This document shows, piece after piece, positions 32,312 through 42,761 of a DNA stretch of 64,000 nucleotides. The notes below the pieces were generated by a model. It had not been told where the DNA came from, ran no database searches, and saw only the letters and a list, made by a program, of their open reading frames with translations. The position numbers and the translations under genes are program-made. The stretch's first letter is position 1. Each line of letters opens with the position of its first letter. The DNA comes from an uncultured Chloroflexia bacterium (GTDB taxonomy: Bacteria > Chloroflexota > Dehalococcoidia > DSTF01 > JALHUB01). Where the stretch lies: contig OY969814.1 in the NCBI GenBank assembly GCA_963703345.1, positions 256,001-320,000 on the forward strand, written 5' to 3'.

Positions 32312-35300
32312 ATAAGCAAATTCTGCCTCTACTGCGCAGCGGAAAACCCGGACCACTCCGATTTCTGCCGAGAATGCGGCCTCGAGCTGCAGATAACGCC
32401 CCGACAAAGGCGCCAGGGCATCGTTTTCCTGTTGAACGAGCTGGAGAGCCTGCGCAAGCGCAACGTGCTGTCGGGCTATCTGAGCGGGGCGCTGAAGCGG
32501 CTGTACCTGCAAGAGCTGAACCCGCCGCAGCCGAAGGAGCCGGAAGCCGTGAAGGCGCCGCCCGCGCCACAGGAGGAGCGACAGTGCGTCGAGCCGCAAC
32601 GCGTATCGCCGCCAAGAAGCGCTCCGCCTCCTCCAGCGCGACCCGCCGCACCGGGCTGGCTGGTCGAACAGCAGGCGAACCTGCTTCTCTACCTGGGCGC
32701 CTTCCTGGTCGTGATCGCGGCGCTAATATTCGTCAGCTACTCGAAGGAGGCAATCGGCGGCGGCCTGAAGATGGCGCTCCTGGTCGCCTACACGCTGGCC
32801 TTTCTAGCAATGGGCGTATTCTGCCTGAGGTTTCAGCGCGTGCGCCAGGCGGGTGTGGCCTTCTTCGCCGTGGGCGCCCTGATGGTGCCGCTCAACTTCG
32901 TCGGCGCCTATGTGTTCTTCCACTCCGATCGCAACATCGACCCCACGGGCCTGTGGCTCGCCGGTTCGATTGCGAGCGTTCTGTTCTACGGCGCGGTTTC
33001 GATGTTCGGCGTGGGGCGCTGGTACCCGCTGCCGACGGTGGCGGCGGCCGCGAGCGCGTTCGTCGCCGCGCTCGTGCTCTCGGACGCCCCGCCGGAAGCG
33101 CTACCGGCGAGCGCGCTGGTCTTTGCCGCTTTCCTGTCAACGCCTCACCTGCTGAAGCTGGGCAAAGTGAGCGACACGTTCGGCGACGTAGGGTTCTGGG
33201 CGGCGCAGGCCGTCTTCCCGGCAACGCTGGCCGCGACGTTCTTCTCCGCGTTTGGGACCGAGTCCACGCCTCGACACCTGCACGAGGAGTTGCTGCGCTT
33301 GTGGCTCAACGGATCGATTTGCGCCGGCGTCTTTTACTCCGCCTCGGCCATGGTTGGCCGGCCTGATTTCCGCCCCGTCGCGGCTGCCGGGACCGTCATA
33401 GCGCTGGCCGGCATTCTTGCCTCGGCGCTCTTCGTTGCCGACGCACCTGCCGCCGTCTATCCTCCCGGCTTCGTTTGCCTGGGGGCGCTGCTTTCCGTGC
33501 CTTCGCTGCTCAAGCTGGGGCGGGTCAGCGAGGTGTTCGGCGAAGTTGCGGCCTGGGGCGCGCAGCTCATCGTGCCGCTGGGGCTGGCAGTCGCGCTGGC
33601 GTCGTCGGAGGGACGCAACGAAGTCGCGCAGATGTGGTTGAACGTCTCGCTTTGCGCTTCGCTCTTCTACGTGGCCACGGCGATGCTTGTCGACGAGGAG
33701 CTCCGCGTTTACGCTGCCATCGCCGCGGTCGCTTCTGTTGGCAGTGCGCTCGCGTCGCTGCTCAATCTCGTCGACGCGCCGCCGGAAGCCTACCCGGGCA
33801 GCTTCGTCGCCCTGGCGATCCTGCTGGCGACCCTGGACATGAAGCAGCTCGGCCGTTCGAGCGAAGTGTTCGGGGAAGTCGCGTTTTACACCGCTCATTT
33901 CGCCGTCCCGGTGGCTGCCGGCGCCGCGCTGCTGATGGTCGACCGGCACACGGCCACAGCCTGGTACCTGCCGCTTACGGGTCTGGCGACGACCTTCTTC
34001 TACAGCACGCAGGCCTTTCTTGCCGACACGCGCGGGGTGGAAACGGAGCCGCCGCTGACAGTTGCGGCGTTGGCCGTGGCAGGCGGCACCATCGTTTCTC
34101 TTGTGTACGCGCTCGACCTGGGGCGCGAGTGGTATGGGCCCGTCGTGGCAGCGATTGCGTGGGCCTACTTCCTGGGCAGCGAGGGCCTAGGGCCGAAGTG
34201 GTTCGGGCAGCGCTACCTGAGCTGGCTGGCGCTCGCAGCCATCACCGTCGCCTGGTTGCCGTTCGAAGGATTGTACAAGGACTTCCCGGTGCAGGGGGCC
34301 GGCGTCCATTTCGCCGCCGTCGCTCTGTACCTCGTCGCGGCGCGGCTGACGAAGGTAAGCGTGCCCCTCGCGGACGTCATTCCCATCGAACCCGATTCGC
34401 GTGCCCGCGATTTGAAGCTGTCGCTCGCCATTCCGCTGGTCTACGCCGCCGGGATCGCCCTGGCGATCGGGTTCTTCCATTTGCTGGCCAGCTTGCCCGC
34501 AGCCGAAGGCGCCGGTGAATCCGACCTGATCTGGCCGTATTTCGGGCTGTCGGTCGGCCTGGCGCTCGTCGCCGCGACTACGCGCTGGTTCTGGCCGCTC
34601 GTCCGACCGCACATCTACGTCATCGCCACCGGCCTCAGCCTGGGCGTGCTGCTGAGCGCGGAGAACCAGCAGGGCCTGGTGGCGCTGTTGCTAGGGCTGT
34701 ACGCGGTGCTGTCGCTGGGGTTCGTGCTCCGGGAGGGACGGCCGCTCACGTCGGTGCTGCCGGCTGCCTATGGGTTCTTCGCCGTGCTGGCAGCCTGGCG
34801 CCACTTCGGCGTTCCGGACGCCTACCTACCGCCGGCGCTCTCGGGCATCGGTTGCGCGTTGTTTGCCGTCTGCGCGGCGCTGCGAAGCCGCTACCAGAGC
34901 TGGTCGCAGGCGGCTATGGGGCTGGCCTTCGCCTACGCTGTCGCAGCCCCGGTCGTCGGCTGGGTGCGACTTTGGGAGTTGGCGGAGCCGTCGGGTTTCG
35001 TGAGCGGGCAGCATTTCGAGAAGACGCTGCTATACGAGTCGGCCGCGGCGTCGCTGACCATTCTGGCGTTCCTGCTGGTCGGTCTCGCCTGGCTGCAGCG
35101 TCGCGTCGAGATCGCCGCCGGCGCGACTGCGCTCATGATGGCTGCGCTGCTCCTGGAAGTGGGGCACTTTCGACCGGACAACATTCAAGCGTACACGGCG
35201 CCGCTGGGCGTCTACGTGCTGGCGGCGGCTCTGCTGGCGCTGCGTCTGCGCTCGCTGCCTGAGGACATCCGCGATGCCCTCGGCGTAGGCGAGCTGGGAG

Positions 35301-35641
35301 GCGCGCTGCTGCTCATGGCGCCGACGTTCTTCCAGTCGCTGCATCACGGCGCTTGGGCCTACGGGACCATCCTCCTCGTCGAAGGGTTGGCGCTTGTGGG
35401 AGTGGCCGTCGTGCGGCGAAGGCTGTGGCTGCTCTGCTCGTCGACCGGCTTCGTCGTCGCGGACGGGCTGCACTACCTGTTCTTCTCCGGAGGACCGACG
35501 CCGCCCACCTGGGTCTTGCTGTCCGTAGCGGGAATGCTGGTGATGGCGGCGGGAACGGGGATCCTGCTGGGTCGGGAGCAGTGGACAGTTTGGCAGGCGG
35601 GTATCGAAGCGTGGTGGAGCAGGGAGGCTGAGGCGCGCTAG
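32312..35641 (+). CDS. Large polytopic membrane protein with N-terminal zinc ribbon and internal repeats
   Basis: 1069 aa hydrophobic ORF extends 40 codons upstream to an ATA after AGGAGG, adding KFCLYC...FCREC; NLLLYLGAFL motif; three DAP....LG..S..FG.V repeats. Confidence 0.8.
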   Translation: MSKFCLYCAAENPDHSDFCRECGLELQITPRQRRQGIVFLLNELESLRKRNVLSGYLSGALKRLYLQELNPPQPKEPEAVKAPPAPQEERQCVEPQRVSPPRSAPPPPARPAAPGWLVEQQANLLLYLGAFLVVIAALIFVSYSKEAIGGGLKMALLVAYTLAFLAMGVFCLRFQRVRQAGVAFFAVGALMVPLNFVGAYVFFHSDRNIDPTGLWLAGSIASVLFYGAVSMFGVGRWYPLPTVAAAASAFVAALVLSDAPPEALPASALVFAAFLSTPHLLKLGKVSDTFGDVGFWAAQAVFPATLAATFFSAFGTESTPRHLHEELLRLWLNGSICAGVFYSASAMVGRPDFRPVAAAGTVIALAGILASALFVADAPAAVYPPGFVCLGALLSVPSLLKLGRVSEVFGEVAAWGAQLIVPLGLAVALASSEGRNEVAQMWLNVSLCASLFYVATAMLVDEELRVYAAIAAVASVGSALASLLNLVDAPPEAYPGSFVALAILLATLDMKQLGRSSEVFGEVAFYTAHFAVPVAAGAALLMVDRHTATAWYLPLTGLATTFFYSTQAFLADTRGVETEPPLTVAALAVAGGTIVSLVYALDLGREWYGPVVAAIAWAYFLGSEGLGPKWFGQRYLSWLALAAITVAWLPFEGLYKDFPVQGAGVHFAAVALYLVAARLTKVSVPLADVIPIEPDSRARDLKLSLAIPLVYAAGIALAIGFFHLLASLPAAEGAGESDLIWPYFGLSVGLALVAATTRWFWPLVRPHIYVIATGLSLGVLLSAENQQGLVALLLGLYAVLSLGFVLREGRPLTSVLPAAYGFFAVLAAWRHFGVPDAYLPPALSGIGCALFAVCAALRSRYQSWSQAAMGLAFAYAVAAPVVGWVRLWELAEPSGFVSGQHFEKTLLYESAAASLTILAFLLVGLAWLQRRVEIAAGATALMMAALLLEVGHFRPDNIQAYTAPLGVYVLAAALLALRLRSLPEDIRDALGVGELGGALLLMAPTFFQSLHHGAWAYGTILLVEGLALVGVAVVRRRLWLLCSSTGFVVADGLHYLFFSGGPTPPTWVLLSVAGMLVMAAGTGILLGREQWTVWQAGIEAWWSREAEAR

Positions 35642-35847
35642 CCCTCTGCGAGACGCGGACTTAAGCGTCGCCGCGTTGCCGGCGAGGGAGGGGGAGGCGA
35701 GCTGCTGCAATTGGCGTCTCGACCTTGACCAGCGGGGTGACATTACATAAAGTAAATCTACGTCAGCAGCAGAAACAGGGGACTGACAGCGGCAGGAGCG
35801 AGAAGTTGACAAACGGACTCGACGAGCGGCGATCGTTGTTCGGGAAG

Positions 35848-36630
35848 ATGGACCTGGCGAGAAGGAATTGTGATCGCTCTGGCGGCGCGCGACTGCGGCT
35901 CTTAGTGCGACTTGTCGGATTCGTCGTTGTCGTTGGCGCGTTGGCCGGCGCGGGATGCGGGAGTTCGTCGTCATCTGATGCGACCGCCACGGCGCAGGCG
36001 TCTATGGCGTCGACTCCGACGCTTGAGCCCACTCCGATAAAGATCAATATCGACCCTGGCAACAATCCGTCGCAGGGACCGGCCGACGCAAAGGTCACAA
36101 TCATCGAATTCGCGGATTTCCAGGGTACGCGCTGCGCGAGCTTCGCCCTAGACACGCTGCCGCAAATCATGAAGGACTATGGCGATAAGGTCCGTTTCGT
36201 TTTCATGAACCTGCTCCTAACGCAGAGCGATCAATACTCGGAAAAGGCGGCGGAGGCAGGCGAGTGCGCTCATGCGCAGGGGGCGTTCTGGCAGTATCAC
36301 GATATGGTTTTTCAGAATCAGTCCATGTTCGCCGATCTGTCGGCTGATCAGCCGGCCACGGACGTTGCCAAAGCAGTCGTTAGCCTCAAGGGCTACGCGG
36401 CGCAGTTGGGGCTGGACACTGCCAAGTTCAATGACTGCCTCGACTCGGGCAGGATGGCGAGCGCGGTGCAAGCAGATGTGCAGGTCGCGCAGCAGGCCGT
36501 CCGGGACGCCCAGCTGACGGAGGGTATCGTGCTCCCTGCCTTCTTCATCAATGGCCGCTACCTAGGCGGCGCCAAGCCCTACGCCACCTTCCAGCAGGCT
36601 ATTGAGTATGTGATGGCGGTGGATAAGTAG
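35848..36630 (+). CDS. DsbA/Thioredoxin_4-like lipoprotein
   Basis: Lipobox-like AGAGC, GPADAKVTIIEFADFQ, AAEAGECA..QG.FWQYHD, PAFFING. Confidence 0.85.
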   Translation: MDLARRNCDRSGGARLRLLVRLVGFVVVVGALAGAGCGSSSSSDATATAQASMASTPTLEPTPIKINIDPGNNPSQGPADAKVTIIEFADFQGTRCASFALDTLPQIMKDYGDKVRFVFMNLLLTQSDQYSEKAAEAGECAHAQGAFWQYHDMVFQNQSMFADLSADQPATDVAKAVVSLKGYAAQLGLDTAKFNDCLDSGRMASAVQADVQVAQQAVRDAQLTEGIVLPAFFINGRYLGGAKPYATFQQAIEYVMAVDK

Positions 36631-36643
36631 AAGTCGCGGGCGC

Positions 36644-36718
36644 TGGAGCCAGCGGGGGGATTCGAACCCTCGACCCGCGGTTTACGAAACCGCTGCTCTA
36701 CCTCTGAGCTACGCTGGC
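36644..36718 (-). tRNA. tRNA-Thr(CGU)
   Basis: GCCAGCG acceptor stem, GCGGT-TTCGTAA-ACCGC anticodon arm, GTTCGAATC, CCA. Confidence 0.96.
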
Positions 36719-36842
36719 CCGCTTGAAAGTATAGCCAACGACAGGAACGGAATCAAACGGGGGTGGCACGCGCCGGCTTGTCGGAAGGAAGGCGGCGCGC
36801 GTAGTATGAGGCCGGGATGACCTTCATTGGCCCCCGGGCGCC

Positions 36843-38219
36843 ATGCTACGCATAGGACTCGCCGCAGGAATGGAACCTCCCGAACCCGAAACACCCACTC
36901 CTCAAGAACGCATCGCATTGTCTCGCCTCCCCAAGATGCCGAATGCGCTCCGCAACACCGGCACGTTGGTCGTCCTCCTATTCGGCGTGGCGCTGGCGCT
37001 GCGAGCCGTCTGGGCGTTCCAGGTCGAGTGCGATCCTCGGACGTACTGGCGCTGGGACATGACGGTCTACGACTTTCAGGCGTCGGCGTTTGCGGACGGC
37101 TACGGATACGTCGACTTTAACGGCGACCCCTCCGCGCACTGGCCGCCGGGCTATTCGATGGCGCTCACTCCTATCTACAAGGTTACTGGCAACAGCCTGC
37201 TCTCGGCGCGACTCGCCAATGCCGTCGCCGGCAGCCTAACGGTGGTCCTCGTCTACCTGCTGGGCGCGAAGGTATTCGGTCCAACCGCGGGCCTGATCGG
37301 CGCCGGGCTGCTGGCGGTGTTGCCCAACCAGATCGTCTTCACGGGCCTTACGCTGACGGAAGTCTTCTTCACTCTTCTCTTCGTGCTGATCCTGCTGCTA
37401 ACGGCTTACGCGCTGCTGTCGGACAAGGAGCCGCGCCTTTGGCAGATTGCGCTCATTGGAGCGCTGATCGGCGCGGCGGCTCTGGTGCGCGGCGAGGCGC
37501 TGCTGCTGCTCGCGGTCATACCGCCGGTAGCATGGGCAAGACGGCGCTCCTGGCGCTCGCTGCTCGCGCGCTCGATGGCGCTCGTGCTGGCGGCGGCCGT
37601 CGTCGTTGCTCCCTGGACGATCCGAAACGCGATCCAGATGAGGGCGCCGATCCTCATCTCGACGAGCGCGACAGAGGCGTTTTGGGTAGCGCATCATGAG
37701 GGCGCGAACGGGAAGATCGCGGACTTCGCCGTCGATGACCGGTACAAGAACGTGCTCAACCCGAAGAGAGAGGTCGAGACCAGTAACGCGGCGCTGCACC
37801 AGGCGCTGAGCTTCATCCGACACCACCCGGCGGAAGAGCTGACGCTGATTCCGCGTCGCTTCTTTGCGCTGTACAGCGAGGACGCCTCCGGGACGCTGTG
37901 GCTGCAGACGCCGGCGACGCTTTCCTTCAGCTCCGGCCGCCATCTGCGCGGAGCGAGCGATCTGGGCTACTGGGGCGTGATGGCGGCGGCACTTGTTGGG
38001 CTGCCAGCGTGGCTGTCGCTCCGAGACCGGCGGAAGGCGTTGCTGGTCGCGGTTGCGGCGGCCTGGACACTGTTGTTCATCGTCGTCTTCTTCGGCGATT
38101 CCCGCTTCCACTTCTCGCTAATGCCGATCTTCTGCCTGTGGGCGGGCGCTTCGGCGACGGCCTGGGGCCCGCGGCTCCTCGCGTGGTGGCAGAATCGCCG
38201 GCGCGCAAGTCCGGCGTAG
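36843..38219 (+). CDS. GT-C glycosyltransferase (ArnT/PMT-2 family)
   Basis: D..VY, PPGY, LTEVFF, PWTIRN, RFHFSLMP; many TMs. Confidence 0.85.
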   Translation: MLRIGLAAGMEPPEPETPTPQERIALSRLPKMPNALRNTGTLVVLLFGVALALRAVWAFQVECDPRTYWRWDMTVYDFQASAFADGYGYVDFNGDPSAHWPPGYSMALTPIYKVTGNSLLSARLANAVAGSLTVVLVYLLGAKVFGPTAGLIGAGLLAVLPNQIVFTGLTLTEVFFTLLFVLILLLTAYALLSDKEPRLWQIALIGALIGAAALVRGEALLLLAVIPPVAWARRRSWRSLLARSMALVLAAAVVVAPWTIRNAIQMRAPILISTSATEAFWVAHHEGANGKIADFAVDDRYKNVLNPKREVETSNAALHQALSFIRHHPAEELTLIPRRFFALYSEDASGTLWLQTPATLSFSSGRHLRGASDLGYWGVMAAALVGLPAWLSLRDRRKALLVAVAAAWTLLFIVVFFGDSRFHFSLMPIFCLWAGASATAWGPRLLAWWQNRRRASPA

Positions 38220-38240
38220 GGCGGCTTTGGGGGAAATGGC

Positions 38241-38317
38241 GGAACGGGGTGTCGCCAGACCCTCAGGCGTCGTTGGTGGCGGGGAAGGGCGCCTGAAGCT
38301 CCGACGACCCCCGTTCC
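38241..38317. repeat. Compound inverted repeat between convergent genes
   Basis: GGAACGGGGTGTCG...CGACGACCCCCGTTCC outer stem with inner TCAGGCGTC/GGCGCCTGA stem. Confidence 0.55.
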
Positions 38318-38354
38318 TTGAGAGTATCGGCAGAGCGGCTGCTTTCTGAAGTCC

Positions 38355-39245
38355 TCAGCCTTCGGCGGCGACGATTTCCTCGGTCTGCCGGGCCGCGCGG
38401 TAGGAGCTGCGCACCAGGGGCCCCGACTCGACGTGGCGGAAGCCGAGCGCCTGCGCTTCTTGTCCGAACCGCTCGAACTCCTCCGGCGGGTAGAAGCGGG
38501 CGACGGGCAGGTGGCGCACGCTGGGTCGCAGGTACTGGCCCAGCGTCAGGATGTCGCAGCCGGCGGCGCGGAGGTCGAGAAGGACCTGAGGTATCTCCGT
38601 CGGCTCCTCGCCCAGGCCCAGCATCAGGCCGCTTTTTGTAAGCATCTCCGGTCGCTCCTCTTTCGCCTGCCGCAGCAGCGCCAGCGAGCGCTCGTAGACG
38701 GCCTGGGGACGCACACGGCGATAAAGACGGGGCACGGTCTCGATATTGTGGTTGAGGATGTCCGGCGCGGCGTCAGTGATGGCGGCGAGCGCCTGCCATT
38801 CGCCCTGGAGGTCAGGAATCAGCACTTCGATCGCGGTGGACGGTGAGAGTCGACGAATCGCGCGGATGGCGTCGGCGAAGACGGAGGCGCCGCCGTCGGG
38901 AAGGTCGTCGCGGGTGACGGAGGTGATGACGGCGTGTCGCAGGCCGAGGAGGGCGACCGTCTCGGCGACGCGCAGCGGTTCGTCGGGGTCGACGGGCTCC
39001 GGGCGACCGCTGCGAATGGCGCAGAAGCGGCAGGCGCGGGTGCAGACGTCGCCGAGGATGAGGAAGGTCGCGGTGCCGGCCTGGAAGCACTCGCCGATGT
39101 TGGGGCAGGCCGCTTCTTCGCACACGGTGTGCAGCGTAGCGCGACGTAGCAGCCCTTTGACGCGCAGGTAGCCTTCGCCGCCGGGCGCGCGGACCTTCAG
39201 CCACGGAGGCAGGCGACGGACCGGCGGGCGAGCGTTAGGTTCCAT
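38355..39245 (-). CDS. lipA: Lipoyl synthase
   Basis: [30 protein letters not shown]. Confidence 0.97.
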   Translation of the reverse strand: MEPNARPPVRRLPPWLKVRAPGGEGYLRVKGLLRRATLHTVCEEAACPNIGECFQAGTATFLILGDVCTRACRFCAIRSGRPEPVDPDEPLRVAETVALLGLRHAVITSVTRDDLPDGGASVFADAIRAIRRLSPSTAIEVLIPDLQGEWQALAAITDAAPDILNHNIETVPRLYRRVRPQAVYERSLALLRQAKEERPEMLTKSGLMLGLGEEPTEIPQVLLDLRAAGCDILTLGQYLRPSVRHLPVARFYPPEEFERFGQEAQALGFRHVESGPLVRSSYRAARQTEEIVAAEG

Positions 39246-39317
39246 ACGAGATCATGATAGCAGGTCGAAGCCGCCGGCTGCTCGGTCGCGAGGTGCTGTT
39301 CGACGGTTCGATTCGAC

Positions 39318-40004
39318 TCAGCTTGCGGGCAGCGCCGCCATCAATTCTTCGACGGAGCCGACGCGCAGGTCGAGGTCGAGGTGGCGCACGAGGGCGTCAG
39401 TAACGCGGTCCGCGACGTCGTCCATCGACACGGGGCGACCGGTGAGGCCGGCGATAGAGTTGACGCCGGCGTCGTGGAGGCCGCAGGAGACGATGTGGTC
39501 GAAATAGGTGAGGTCGGTATTGACGTTGAGGGCGAAGCCGTGGGTGGTGACGCCCTGCGATATGTGCAGGCCGATTGCGGCAAGCTTCTCGTTGCCGACC
39601 CATACGCCGGGTCGCCCCTCCGAGACCTCCGCGGTGATGCCGAAGGCGGCCAGGGCGTCGATGATGGCGGATTCGAGGGCGTGGACGAACCAGCGCGGGC
39701 CCTCGTTCCAGCAGTGGAGGTCGACGATGGGGTAGCAGACGAGCTGGCCCGGGCCGTGGTAGGTGATGTCGCCGCCGCGGTCGACCCAATAGACCCTGGC
39801 GCCACGGTCGTCGAGCTCTTGAGGCGTAAGGCGCAGGTTGGCGGCGATGCCGGCGCGCCCGAAGGTGTAAGTGTGCGGGTGTTCGAGGAGGAGGATGTGG
39901 CCCTGCTTCCCCGCCTTAACCTCTTCGCACAGGCGCTTCTGGAGGTCCCAGGCTTCCATGTAGTCGATGGTCTGGAACCGGATGAGAGTGCAGGGGACAG
40001 TCAT
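39318..40004 (-). CDS. lipB: Octanoyltransferase
   Basis: LEHPHTYTFG, RGGDITYHGPGQLV, KLAAIG, HGFALNV, IVSCGL. Confidence 0.95.
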   Translation of the reverse strand: MTVPCTLIRFQTIDYMEAWDLQKRLCEEVKAGKQGHILLLEHPHTYTFGRAGIAANLRLTPQELDDRGARVYWVDRGGDITYHGPGQLVCYPIVDLHCWNEGPRWFVHALESAIIDALAAFGITAEVSEGRPGVWVGNEKLAAIGLHISQGVTTHGFALNVNTDLTYFDHIVSCGLHDAGVNSIAGLTGRPVSMDDVADRVTDALVRHLDLDLRVGSVEELMAALPAS

Positions 40005-40131
40005 TGGCCGGTCTCCTTCCGCCTGGAGTCGATCTATCCTGGACAAGTCTGATGATAGAGCATCGGGATGCTTCTGGCTAGAGCCTACACGACATAACGC
40101 AGCGCAGGAAATGTGAAATATGGGCCTCGAT

Positions 40132-41052
40132 TCAGGCAATGATACGAAGTCGCGGGCTAATGATCTCGAATGTCGCCGGCAGCGCGCCGATGGGCTCGCC
40201 CTCGACTTCGACGGGCACCAGCGCGTCAGACTCGGCCTCGACGCGGCCGGCCGTACGGTATTCGACGTTGCTCGACCTGACGAAGGCGCCGGAACGCAGG
40301 GCGGGCAGGCCCAGCAGCTTCTGGAAGGCGTTCGAGCCTTTGACGATGACTACGTCGAGAAGGCCGTCGTCGAGGCGCGCCCGCGGAGCCGAGCGGATGC
40401 CCCCTCCGGAGTAGACGCCGTTGGCCAGCCAAACGTTGTTGATGAGCAGCGTCTCCGCGGGCGCGCCCCCGAACGACATCCTTACCGATTGATTCGGGTA
40501 GCGCAGCATCGTCGAAAGTATGGCGCGCATAAACGAGAGCGAGCCGCCCAGCCCCTTAGAATGGCGGTTCACCGCTTCGCAGACGGCGGCGCCCATGCCG
40601 ATCTCCGCCTCGTTTATGAAGTAGCGCACACCTTGTTCCCCGTCCGGCTTTCGGTACGTCACCTTGCCGACGTCGACTTCGCGAATGGCGCCGCCGGCAA
40701 GTCGGTTGATAGCGCCATCCAGCTTCGCCGGAATGCCAAGGCCGCGGGCGAAGTCGCCGCCGGTGCCGTAGCGGATGATGCCCAGCGCCAGGCCGGGATT
40801 GACGGGCACATCCTTCTCGAGGAGGCCGTTGACGACCTCATTGAGCGTGCCGTCGCCGCCCAGGACGACGACGCGCTCACAGCGCTCCGCCGCCTCTCGC
40901 GCGAACTGCGTGGCGTGACCCTGGCGCTCCGTGAACACGACGTCGAAGGGATAGGGGAGTCGCGCGCTCAACGCCTCATCGATCTGCCGTCGGTTGCGCC
41001 CGGCGCGTCCGTTTGCCGAACAAGGGTTGATGATAATGAGCGTTTCGGCCAT
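40132..41052 (-). CDS. Diacylglycerol kinase family lipid kinase (YegS/Rv2252-like)
   Basis: IINP, GGDGTLNEVVNG, GTGGDF, NG.YSGGG, DDGLLD. Confidence 0.92.
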   Translation of the reverse strand: MAETLIIINPCSANGRAGRNRRQIDEALSARLPYPFDVVFTERQGHATQFAREAAERCERVVVLGGDGTLNEVVNGLLEKDVPVNPGLALGIIRYGTGGDFARGLGIPAKLDGAINRLAGGAIREVDVGKVTYRKPDGEQGVRYFINEAEIGMGAAVCEAVNRHSKGLGGSLSFMRAILSTMLRYPNQSVRMSFGGAPAETLLINNVWLANGVYSGGGIRSAPRARLDDGLLDVVIVKGSNAFQKLLGLPALRSGAFVRSSNVEYRTAGRVEAESDALVPVEVEGEPIGALPATFEIISPRLRIIA

Positions 41053-42761
41053 CAGCCGCTCGCGGCGTCGACGACGGGCATCGGCTCTCTGGCGAAGGCG
41101 GTCATGGCGGCAACGGCGTCGCTGTAGAGCGAAATCTGGCGCTGCCGCTCCCGAGGGCTCCAGCCGAGAAGCTCGCCCATGAGGCGGGCCGCCTCCTCCG
41201 CGCCGTCGAGGCCGTGGCCCGGGTCGAACAGCATCAGCCTGGTGCGGCGCTCCATGAAGTCCCCGAGCGTCATCGCCATCTCCTGCTCGACGGCATAGAC
41301 CGCTTCCGCACGTAAGACGGGGCACGTGTCCGATAGGGGCCGCAAGAGCGCGGCGTCGCGGCGGGCGCAGGCGAGGAGACTTACGTGCTCGGTGCCGTGC
41401 GTCCGTACGAGTCGCTGCGCCATCTCCAACGATATGCCCCAACCGCCGACAAGCGAGGCGCCAGCAGACTGGGCGTAGCGGTCGAAGCCTTCGACGTTGC
41501 CGCCGGGAAGAGCGGTCTGCCCGGTCCTGCAGGGAGCGTGGTGCCAGCCGAAGCGCGCCCCTTCCTGGGCTATGACACGGTCCAGCAACGCTTCCGCCAT
41601 GGCACGACAAGTCGTGAGCTTGCCGCCGGCGATGGTGTAGAAGCCCTCCGGACCGGCCTCGATCTCGAAGTCGCGGGAGACGTCGGAGGGGAGCGGCGCG
41701 CCCTCTTTGGCGACGAGCGGTCGCACACCGGCCCAGCCCGCAAAGACGTCGGCGGCGGTCAGCAGGGCGGTCGGAAAGAGGGCGTTTGCGGAGTCGAGGA
41801 CATAGGCGGCGTCGACGGAGTCGATGCGGGCGGCGCCCGGATCGTCCTTGTAGTCGGTGTCGGTGGTGCCCACGTAAACGGAGTCGCCGGTGGGCACGGC
41901 GAATAGGATGCGGTCGGCGCGCGGGATGACGATGACGCGCGTTAGGCCGAGGCGCGAGCGTGGCAGCACGAGGTGCACGCCCTTCGAGGGACGCAGAATG
42001 GGGGCGGCGCCCGCCATGTCGCGCATGCGGTCGACCCAGGGGCCCGCGGCGTTGACGACAACTTTCGCGCGGGCGCTCCCGCCGCCGGCGCCGATGCTGT
42101 CCTTGAATGAGACGCCACTGACGCGCTCGCCGTCCCGCTCGATGCCGGTCGCCTCGACGTAGTTGAGGGCGATAGCGCCCTGTTCGACGGCGGAACGGAC
42201 CATGGCCAGGGTGAGGCGGGCGTCGTTGACCATGCAGTCGAAGTAGCGGAAGCCGCCCTGCAGCCCCTCGGCGCGGAGAAGCGGCTCGGCCTCCAGCATC
42301 TTCTCGCGCGAGAGGACGGTGTGGCGGCCGATGTCGCCGAATCCGGCGAGCAGGTCGTAGGCGGTCAGTCCGAGTCGCAGCTTGAGACGCCCGTCGCGGC
42401 CGCCGGCGTAGACGGGGAGGTAGAAGGGCGCCGGCTCGACGAGGTGGGGCGCGATCTTCAAGAGGATGCCGCGTTCGCGTAGGGACTCGCGGACGAGACG
42501 AACGTGGCGTCCTTTCAGATAGCGCAGCCCGCCATGGACCAGCTTGGAGGAGCGGCTGCTAGTGCCGGAAGCGAAGTCGTTCTTTTCGACGAGGGCGACG
42601 GAGAGGCCGCGCTGCGCAGCGTCGCGGGCGATGGCCGCGCCGGTGACGCCGCCGCCGACGATCAGCAGATCGAACGTCTCTCTCGCCAGCCGGGCAAGGC
42701 CGTCGCTGCGTTTCTTGAGGACCGGCGGGTTGGCGGGCGTACTACGCCTGAAGCCGAACAT
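41052..42761 (-). CDS. glpD: FAD-dependent glycerol-3-phosphate dehydrogenase
   Basis: GGGVTG, DFASGTSSRSSKLVHGGLRYL, DARL, GTTD, GVRPL, GGKLTT. Confidence 0.93.
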   Translation of the reverse strand: MFGFRRSTPANPPVLKKRSDGLARLARETFDLLIVGGGVTGAAIARDAAQRGLSVALVEKNDFASGTSSRSSKLVHGGLRYLKGRHVRLVRESLRERGILLKIAPHLVEPAPFYLPVYAGGRDGRLKLRLGLTAYDLLAGFGDIGRHTVLSREKMLEAEPLLRAEGLQGGFRYFDCMVNDARLTLAMVRSAVEQGAIALNYVEATGIERDGERVSGVSFKDSIGAGGGSARAKVVVNAAGPWVDRMRDMAGAAPILRPSKGVHLVLPRSRLGLTRVIVIPRADRILFAVPTGDSVYVGTTDTDYKDDPGAARIDSVDAAYVLDSANALFPTALLTAADVFAGWAGVRPLVAKEGAPLPSDVSRDFEIEAGPEGFYTIAGGKLTTCRAMAEALLDRVIAQEGARFGWHHAPCRTGQTALPGGNVEGFDRYAQSAGASLVGGWGISLEMAQRLVRTHGTEHVSLLACARRDAALLRPLSDTCPVLRAEAVYAVEQEMAMTLGDFMERRTRLMLFDPGHGLDGAEEAARLMGELLGWSPRERQRQISLYSDAVAAMTAFAREPMPVVDAASG

